Below are positions 1 through 6,481 of a stretch of DNA of 7,298 nucleotides, piece by piece. Every line of letters starts with the position of its first letter. Position 1 is the first letter of the stretch. The stretch comes from Paraspadella gotoi (lineage: Eukaryota > Animalia > Chaetognatha): positions 2,047 through 9,344 of the forward strand of contig JBJCIZ010000805.1 in NCBI GenBank assembly GCA_051294375.1, in the 5' to 3' direction. A program made the translations under genes and the position numbers. The notes below the pieces were generated by a model. The model ran no database searches, was not told the DNA's origin, and saw only the letters and a program-made list of their open reading frames with translations.

Positions 1-83
1 GAGTTTAAATGGAAAAAATATAAGTCACATTTACTTGAATTTTTTTTATTTATGATTACTAATAAATTTTTTAATTAATTAAT

Positions 84-450
84 TTGAAAAAATGATACAA
101 TTTAAAAAAATTATGCAAGTGGAAAAAATTATGCAAGTTGAAAAAATTATGCAAGTTGAAAAAAATATGCAAGTTGAAAAAATTATGCAAGTTGAAGAAA
201 TTATGCAAGTTGAAAAAATGATGCAAGTTGAAAAAATGATGCAAGTTAAAAAAAATGATGTGAATTGTAAAAATGATGTAAATTGAAAAAATGATGAGTT
301 GAAAAAATTTGTGAGTGGAAAAAATGATGCGAGTTGAAAAAATGATACGAGTTAAAAAAATGATGCGAATTGTAAAAATGATGTAAATTTAAAAAATGAT
401 GAGTTGAAAAATTATGTGCGTGAAAAAAATTATGCGAGTTGAAAAAAATT
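84..450. repeat. AT-rich minisatellite, ~18-bp unit (consensus TTGAAAAAAT[T/G]ATGCAAG), about 20 diverging copies
   Basis: Seen directly: near-perfect TTATGCAAGTTGAAAAAA units at ~111-245, degrading rightward into TGATGCGAG/TGATGTAAA/TGATGAG variants of 16-19 bp. Confidence 0.95.
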
Positions 451-551
451 TTTAAAAATATTACGATTTATCATCTGATTAGCAGATTACCGCTTAATTA
501 TCGTAGGCAAATCCGACATTGTTTGCTCAAACTTGTTTTTATACATTAATG

Positions 552-557
552 TTTATT
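552..557 (-). promoter_or_regulatory. Putative polyadenylation signal AATAAA
   Basis: TTTATT on + (AATAAA on -) lies ~27 nt downstream of the TAG at 586-584. The context is AT-rich, so chance is possible. Confidence 0.45.
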
Positions 558-583
558 AATTAAAGTTAAATTTAGAAATTTTA

Positions 584-768
584 CTACGCCTTATTGCCTA
601 GAGATTTCCTTTTTTCTGCACAGCTAATGCACAGATCAAAATCACAAAGGACACAACCATAGCGCATAACTGGGTGATAGTCATTGCATTCATCGCAGAT
701 CCAGTTCTTGCTATGTTCCAACTCTCCTCGGGTGACAAGATCATGGCCTTTATTGCATGTCACTGCCT
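584..768 (-). CDS. 3' end of a gene encoding a ZZ-type/C1-like (DC1-like) zinc finger, 5'-truncated by an assembly gap
   Basis: Translation AVTCNKGHDL...WICDEC...RYGCVLCDFDLCISCAEKRKSLGNKA* has Cx3H, Cx2C and Cx2C-DFDL-Cx2C, eight potential Zn ligands. The W-x-C-D-x-C and RY-x-C-x2-CDFDLC-x2-C patterns are typical of ZZ and C1-like domains. Confidence 0.75.
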
Positions 769-778
769 NNNNNNNNNN
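769..778. other. Assembly gap (10 N)
   Basis: Run of N in the sequence. Confidence 1.
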
Positions 779-978
779 GCCTATAATCGCCACAACGCCA
801 CCCTCCGTCTGGTTTTGCAATGACATGGAGAGGCGAAGACCATTCAGATTTGACTCTTTGCAATCCCGAGGGAGACCATTTTCTCCAGCTCTCTCTTGGC
901 TACTGCCAACTTCTCAGCGTCCAGGCGTCAAGCTCTCAACTGACAGGGGCGTCCTTCAGTCGGGATTGAGTGCGTTAC
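779..978 (-). mobile_element. pol: Decayed Ty3/gypsy LTR-retrotransposon pol fragment (N-terminal part of reverse transcriptase), CsRn1-like
   Basis: Manual minus-strand translation gives VTHSIPTEGRPCQLRA*RLDAEKLAVAKRELEKMVSLGIAK, a frameshift near 855, then KSEWSSPLHVIAKPDGGWR-CGDYR. This matches the gypsy RT start (H.I.T.G.P...R.RRL...KL..AK.E...M...GI...S.S.W.SPLH.V.K.DG.WRPCGDYR). It has one in-frame TGA (930-928), one frameshift and a missing Pro codon. Confidence 0.9.
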
Positions 979-1003
979 NNNNNNNNNNNNNNNNNNNNNN
1001 NNN
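979..1003. other. Assembly gap (25 N)
   Basis: Run of N in the sequence. Confidence 1.
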
Positions 1004-1014
1004 AAGAGAGCAGA

Positions 1015-1452
1015 TTGAAAAAATGATACGAGTTAAAAAATGATGCGAATTGTTAAAAATGATGTAAATTTAAAAAAATGATGAGTTGAAAAATTATGTG
1101 CGTGAAAAAAAATTATGGCGAGTTGAAAAAAATTTTTAAAAATATTACGATTTATCATCTGATTAGCAGATTACCGCTTAATTATCGTAGGCAAATCCGA
1201 CATTGTTTGCTCAAACTTGTTTTTATACATTAATGTTTATTAATTAAGTTTAAATTTAGAAAATTTTACTACGCTTATTGCCTAGAGATTTCCTTTTTTC
1301 TGCACAGCTAATGCACAGATCAAATCAACAAAGGACAACAACCATAGGCGATAACTGGGTGATAGTCATTGCATTCATCGCAGATCCAGTTCTTGCTATG
1401 TTCCAACTCTCTCGGGTGACAAGATCATGGCCTTTATTGCATGTCACTGCCT
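1015..1452 (+). repeat. Copy 2 of 334-768, differing almost only by 1-nt indels
   Basis: Examples: CTACGCCTTAT vs CTACGCTTAT, GATCAAAATCACAAAGG vs GATCAAATCAACAAAGG, GACACAACCATAGCGCATAAC vs GACAACAACCATAGGCGATAAC, CTCTCCTCGGG vs CTCTCTCGGG. Confidence 0.95.
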
Positions 1453-1797
1453 TCTTCCATGCAGAGCTTTGTAATCTATGGCATGTGCATGTCTCTCATC
1501 CTTAGCTCTATTTGTTCCTAAAATCTTGTGATCCTTGACCAAGATGGATTGAGCTATCAAAAAAGTAGTTTTTTCTCAGCATCTGATAGCTTGCCTTTCC
1601 TCGATGGGTCAAAAAAATGCCATTTAAGCACAGTATAATCTGCCGTGACCAAATTACTGTTTTGCATAATCCTTTTGTGGATTTTTGTCTTCTTCAATTT
1701 CACGCGTTGTAACTTGCGATTGTTTTTGATAAAGTCGTCAAAAGCTTTATCAGGCGAACGGCTTTTGTGCCTTTGCCGCCTTGGTATAGATCTGGTT
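1269..1797 (-). pseudogene. Frameshifted (or error-containing), 5'-truncated copy of the 3' part of the central gene, running into the ZZ/C1-like finger
   Basis: 1797-1473 is the reverse complement of 3436-3799 (RSIPRRQRHKSRSPDKAFDDFIKNNRKLQRV...). It continues as TCTCHRLQSSAWKKAVTCNKGHDL... to a TAG at 1271-1269, with multiple indels. Confidence 0.7.
1473..1797 (-). repeat. Left arm of a long inverted repeat (right arm 3436-3799)
   Basis: Manual alignment shows about 9 substitutions, several 1-3 nt indels and a 37-bp segment (3721-3757) missing from this arm. The ORF track shows the same peptides on opposite strands (1557..1817- vs 3425..3763+; 1645..1866+ vs 3385..3591-). Confidence 0.95.
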
Positions 1798-2019
1798 AAA
1801 GTTAAAGGGGATAACAAAAACGGATTTGTTTACAACACAACTCCCACATTACGTCTAATATCTTGAGTTATTTTGTTCATGTTTCATATGAATAAATCGA
1901 GATCCACTGTATGCTCTTAACCATCTACTAAAGCATAGCTACCCGCGAGATATGGGGTAGAGGATGGTACACGTCTCTTTCTGCTTTCCTTCTTTATTCT
2001 ACTTGGATCAACCTCTTGA

Positions 2020-3810
2020 TCAACTGTAAACAAAGAATTAGATTCTCTCTTTTGTTCTGACATGTTACAAGAATTTTCCCTACACAAATTTGGGTTAACA
2101 AAAGAACTACTAACACCGATAGGAATTTATTCTCAGCTGATATGGAAAATTGTCGAGGACAGAATTCATAACAGATGTGAATTGTTAAGAAAAGATTTGG
2201 AATCAGGTAAAATTAACAATTCTGATCTAGTTTTTGATAAATGTTAAGGCAAATTTCTCCAGCATGGAGAACCTCTATTGTTTGAGAGTGAATCATGCGA
2301 ATTTTCCAGCAATGGGAGAAAATCAGCTCTCAGTGAAAGGAGTTTTTTTTCATGATTTTGCACAACTACTTGAGCCACTTGGAGATGAAAATCTCCAGAA
2401 GCGGAACATCGACGCGGATGTGACAGTTAAGCTTGTTCAGCTTTCTTCAGAAGCTGACTTGAAATGGTTTGAACATAAGGACGCGTTGACCAATGTGATG
2501 AAAAGTCCGATGCTGAAGCGAGAAGAGGCCAGGGTAAAGCCTCTTGTTCCGGGTTGAGCATGAATTGGAAGACCCAGTCTTGGCTCCTCCCGCGGCTTTT
2601 CAGGATCGCGATGCAATTTCTCCATCACGGCAAATGGCTGCTCGTTTCTCTGTTTATAAGGATGAACCAACCCATGGACGAGTTTCAACCTCTCCAATGC
2701 AGCGAGGCAAGAACCGTCCTTTATCTGAAAAGAATGAAAAACCGGTTGAAGCAGATCTCTTTCTTCTTGGTGGAAAAATAATTAAGGTAAGCCCACCCTC
2801 TTCTCCCCATGGTAATGGCCAAAGTTACAAAAGGCGACGTCGTCGTCAGGCCTCTCGTGTCTTGCCCATGGACTACAGTGAAGATGAGGATGACCAAATG
2901 GGTGTCCTTTGGGAAGAGAAGCCGCTCCAGGCGAGGAAGGATTGTACAGAACCGAAGGAAATGGATGCTGTCAATCAATCAGCTGATGAAGACCATGATG
3001 CGATCAAATTTGCCGCAAGAACCGAACCTAAGTCAAAAAAAAAAAGATTAAAATTATGAATTGCCCTCAATGCAAGGTTTTTGGAGTTAATGAATGCCTA
3101 GGTGAATTGGTGCATGAAGATATCTTACCCATCACTGATGATGGCAATGATAGTGAAAAACCATTTAGACATACAATAAATATTATTTTTGATCTTGATG
3201 ATTTGCAAAAGGGTCGCGTGACAAGACCTAAAGTAAAGGAAATAGGACAAAACGGTCGTGGGAGGAGTATTAAAGAGGTGGGATCCAAGAACATCTACGC
3301 CAGCCAATGCTTTGGATGATGACCCCGCGTATTCAACCCAAGAAAACAACTCGAAGACGAAAAAGCCAAGGATCGGAGAAAGGATTATGATGAATTTGGC
3401 CATACAAAGTACCTAAATGACAACATGGATCTTGAAACCAGATCTCTACCAAGGCGGCAAAGGCACAAAAGCCGTTCACCTGATAAAGCTTTTGACGACT
3501 TTATCAAAAACAATCGCAAGTTACAACGGGTGCAATTTGAAGAAGAAGACAAAATCCACAAAAGGATTATGCAAAACAGTAATTTGGTCACGGCAGATTA
3601 TACTGAGCCTAAACGGCCATTTTTGACCCATCGAGGAAAGGCAAGCTATCAGATGCTGAGAAAAACTACTTTTTTGATAGCTCAATCCATCTTGGTCAAG
3701 GATCACAAGATTTTAGGAACCCCAATCCCCAAGACTTGCAGATGGAAGATGGCGAACAAATAGAGCTAAGGATGAGAAGACATGCACATGTCATGGATTC
3801 GTCCCTCTAG
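2020..3810 (+). pseudogene. Long frameshifted, apparently intronless coding region (~590 codons), unknown family. Globular-looking N-terminal part, charged low-complexity C-terminal part, CxxC near 3062.
   Basis: ORFs 2062-2247, 2234-2557, 2544-3059, 3056-3319 and 3425-3763 tile one strand end to end. Frame switches occur near T5 (2231-2235), ~2544, A11 (3035-3045), ~3290-3326 and possibly T5 (3620-3624). ORFs 3056.. and 3425.. share a frame, which is open again from 3323 (PRVFNPRKQLEDEKAKDRRKDYDEFGHTKYLNDNMDLETR). Coding-like peptides may extend back to ~1800. No family recognised. Confidence 0.65.
3436..3799 (+). repeat. Right arm of the long inverted repeat (left arm 1473-1797)
   Basis: AACCAGATCTCTACCAAGG...CATGCACATGTCATGGATT. 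Similarity stops at ~3799, where unrelated AT-rich sequence begins. Confidence 0.95.
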
Positions 3811-4101
3811 CAATAAAGTTTTAAAAGATATTTAGCAAAAAGTCCGTTTTTTACCATTTTTTCAAAGTTGGCAGCATTTACTGTAAATTTTTTTTGAAAA
3901 AAAAAATGTTCAAAAAATTCATATGATGTACAGTAGCATCCGTCTAGAATTTCTGAGACGGCAAGCTCTGTAACTCGAGTACAAATGATATTTTGAAAGC
4001 GAGTTTTTGTCTTGTTATCAAGTACTCATATGGCTACTCCCCCTTTGGTAAGCCAATGCTCTACGACCACTTTTGGGACATAGCAGTTTATTTTAAAAAC
4101 T

Positions 4102-4178
4102 TTCCTTGAGTAGGATTCGAATCCTACCATTCCATTCCGCATCGAAGTCTTAGCTTTTAACCACTCGGCCATCTCGTT
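4102..4178 (-). pseudogene. Degenerate tRNA-derived element (tRNA pseudogene or tRNA-SINE head) with Pol III internal promoter boxes
   Basis: The minus strand reads AACGAGA-TGGCCGAGTGG-TTAAAAGCTAAGACTTCGATGCGGAATGGAATG-GTAGGATTCGAATCCTAC-TCAAGGAA then GTTTTT. It has a Ser/Leu-type A box (4171-4161), a T-arm/B box (4127-4110) at tRNA spacing, and T5 at 4099-4095. The acceptor stem pairs at only 3 of 7 positions and the anticodon stem does not pair. Confidence 0.75.
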
Positions 4179-4556
4179 ATTTAAAAAAACTTTTTTCAAA
4201 AACCTTAATATAATTTTTTTTCTTCTTTTTAGTCGGATCTGCTTAGCGTTGGTCCGACGGTCCGCCCCCTCAAACTCCAATTACTCGTGAGATTGTAGCA
4301 TCATTGCAGCAAGGGCGACAACCTGTCGCCTAAATTGCTTTACGGGTTCTTTGGTTAGGCTGACTCCACTGGCTCGCTAATCAGAATTCTTTCTCTCTTG
4401 CTCGTCCTTTCTTTCTTTCGTTTAAATCGTGAATAAATAATAAGAAGGTTTTGTTCAACATAAATAGGGATGGCAGAAATATGTTTATTTCTTACAAGTG
4501 TTAAAGAACACTTCAACAAAATTATATTGATGGCAAAAATAATGGAGACTAAAATA

Positions 4557-4751
4557 TTAATTATTATAAGGTTCTCTCTTTGATGCTTCAGGAGTTGTTG
4601 CTTTTGTATTCTTTGTCCTGTGGAGTGGGTCGAGAATTCGCCACAAGTCTCCCGATTGTGCGGACGGTGCTCGCGTCGGAGACGCGGCCGTCCTCCCAAT
4701 CAGCTCCTTACATGTTGTCGACGCGCGGCACGCCTCTCTCAAAGTCCACAT
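4557..4751 (-). CDS. Possible small ORF, 64 aa (MWTLREACRASTTCKELIGRTAASP...), no recognisable domain
   Basis: ATG in an AAAAATG context, inside a GC-rich island between AT-rich flanks, ~150 nt downstream of the minus-strand TATA-like box. Too short to distinguish from chance. Confidence 0.2.
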   Translation of the reverse strand: MWTLREACRASTTCKELIGRTAASPTRAPSAQSGDLWRILDPLHRTKNTKATTPEASKREPYNN

Positions 4752-4844
4752 TTTTGTACTTGTCAATCGACAACAACGAACAACAAGAATCCCGACGCCT
4801 TTCTTAATTTCAATTTTATGGTCTTAAACGTCAAGATGCTAAGA

Positions 4845-4861
4845 AGAGAGAGAGAGAGAGA
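4845..4861. repeat. (AG)8 microsatellite
   Basis: AGAGAGAGAGAGAGAGA, seen directly. Confidence 0.95.
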
Positions 4862-4872
4862 CAGAAAATAGC

Positions 4873-4910
4873 TATAAAGAGGAGAGAATTTTTAGAGAGG
4901 CTGCTTATAT
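4873..4910. promoter_or_regulatory. Two opposed TATA-like boxes: TATAAAGA (+, 4873-4880) and ATATAAG (-, 4910-4904)
   Basis: Motifs seen directly next to the GA/CT tract. TATA followed by a CT-rich tract (minus reading) is a common layout of LTR and gene core promoters. Function is inferred only. Confidence 0.35.
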
Positions 4911-5053
4911 CCTCGGGATGTACCGTGCCAGCGACTGACGAATAATCGAAAGCGGACGAGACTCGAGAAGATTAAGCGAGAAGCACGAAGGAGAAGACGG
5001 AAGAACTGAAATACAGAGCCTATTCCTTAAACTCGACCCCTCAAGAAAAACGA

Positions 5054-6481
5054 AGATGTCTCATCTCCTAGTCATACCACTATCCCCAACTTATTTATGA
5101 CGTTAGTCTAACCTTACGTCGCATATTCTCTTTCGACCCGAGTCCTGGCCGTCCACATCCTAGCGGTAATAAAATCCTCGCACTATCGACTTCTTCTCGA
5201 ATCCCAGATTCCTCACACTCTGCACCTAGATCAATGACGATATAATCCGATTACACCGGCTCCCTAATACCTAAACATCAGATATTCTCTCGACTTCATT
5301 TGTGGCAACTCCAACCTCGAGAAGTGATTTTTATCCAATCCTCTAAATTTTCGAAAACGTAATTAATTCAATAATTAACTCTTTCCCGACAACTCAGTTT
5401 AAGATATCCTTACCCAATTCTTCACTGGGATTAATCAATGAGACCTATTAATCAAGCCTAACGTTTTGTACACCATAAAGAACGAGATACCAACGCAATC
5501 AAGGAACTGTCGGAATAATAGGAATAGAAATCGTACAATAACCATTCATCGAAAAATGCTACTTTTTCGAACCCGTAAACAAAATGACATTGTTTCCACT
5601 AGAGCCCACTCGAACTCGTCACAACTTAGGGAACCCGTCATCCTCACGAACCTTGATCATGAAAGCACGAATGCTTTCAAAACAGCAAAGCTAACAATAT
5701 TGTCATGCACTCAATCAATTCAATAATTCTACTGAGTTCACTGAGAGAGGTAATATCCCCCATACGAACCAACATAAATCACCAATTCCTATGATTTATG
5801 ATAATTGAATAAATCTACTAGGCAATTCCAGGATATATCACGCCACCAACACCCCACCAGACAATACACTCAACACCCGCATCCCACAAACCAAATAACT
5901 CAATCAATAATTCCTTGACTTATTGATCGAGTTCGTTGCGAACTAAAACGAAAAAGGGAAGACCACGAATACGCTGTTAAACAATGATTAATGTAACAAA
6001 ATTTCAAAAGTAACAAATGAACATTTATTCATCACACTTGCCGAGAAATGAATTCGTCGGATTGCCTAATTTGCTTATAGTCATTGACGCAGAATTCGTT
6101 TTCCGTTACAGAATGTATACCAAGGCTAAATGTATATTGAAGTTCGCAAAATAATAAATTCAGTAATAATAACTTCCCATCTGTGTAATCACGAAAAAAC
6201 GCCTTGTTCTATCTGACTCGATAGAACAGGACAAAACTAAATAAATTCTCTGATTGAATTTCAACAACATGAAATAACACGTACAAAGACTTAAACGTCC
6301 ACATAATCAAATTATTCTGGCAATATTATGGACGCAATAATAATTTGCAAGATTTTGACTGGATCATGGTATTAATTTAGTATATTTACTTATTCATTTA
6401 GCTCGCCCAAACTCTTTGTATCAACGCCTGCCGGCGTTGTCGAAGGTCATTCACGCCCAGCTGCACGCTCGTTGTGCAGCT
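5054..6481. other. Non-coding region dense in short inverted repeats (potential structured RNA/UTR)
   Basis: Perfect stems of at least 8 bp at 5549-5570, 5660-5679, 5773-5800, 5897-5933 (14 bp, one mismatch), 6205-6228, 6308-6347 and 6459-6481. Shorter stems at 5054-5066, 5071-5101, 5099-5120, 5429-5453 and 6422-6439. No convincing ORF. Confidence 0.6.

Larger units (their letters stand above)
334..768 (+). repeat. Copy 1 of a ~435-bp direct duplication (copy 2 at 1015-1452)
   Basis: TTGAAAAAATGATACGAG...GTCACTGCCT is read at both places. This copy ends at the 10-N gap and keeps the zinc-finger frame intact. Confidence 0.95.

Noticed and set aside
92-286. ORF of MQVEKI repeats
   Set aside because: It is a by-product of the 18-bp minisatellite, and the frame breaks as soon as unit length varies.
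84-450. CRISPR-like array
   Set aside because: The units are directly tandem with no unique spacers, there are no cas genes, and the context is eukaryotic.
584-768. piggyBac C-terminal cysteine-rich domain as the identity of the finger
   Set aside because: The Cys spacing is compatible, but CDEC/CDFDLC fits ZZ/C1-like domains better and no DDD transposase motifs are visible upstream.
684-1043. ORF 684..1043 (+) and the N-terminus of ORF 584..826 (-)
   Set aside because: Both read through N gaps and join unrelated contigs. The MSLQNQ... start is an off-frame reading of the gypsy fragment.
1473-3799. Inverted arms as TIRs of a DNA transposon
   Set aside because: The arms are internal coding sequence, the left arm continues seamlessly into the gene's 3' end, and no TSD or transposase was found.
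4102-4178. Functional tRNA gene
   Set aside because: The acceptor and anticodon stems do not pair and the T loop has an extra base.
4026-4280. ORF 4026..4280 (-), plus ORFs 2437..2697, 2721..2978, 3067..3294, 3125..3403 and 5466..5726
   Set aside because: These are antisense shadows of the central coding region or chance ORFs across the tRNA-like and non-coding DNA, with no motifs and several with non-ATG starts.
4935-4951. CTGACGA-ATAATC-GAAA resembling a minimal hammerhead ribozyme core
   Set aside because: I could not form stems I and III with a correctly placed NUH cleavage triplet in type I or type III topology, and stem II has no closing pair.
6194-6230. Hairpin plus T6 on the minus strand resembling a rho-independent terminator
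   Set aside because: There is no bacterial gene context, so it is counted as one member of the hairpin array.
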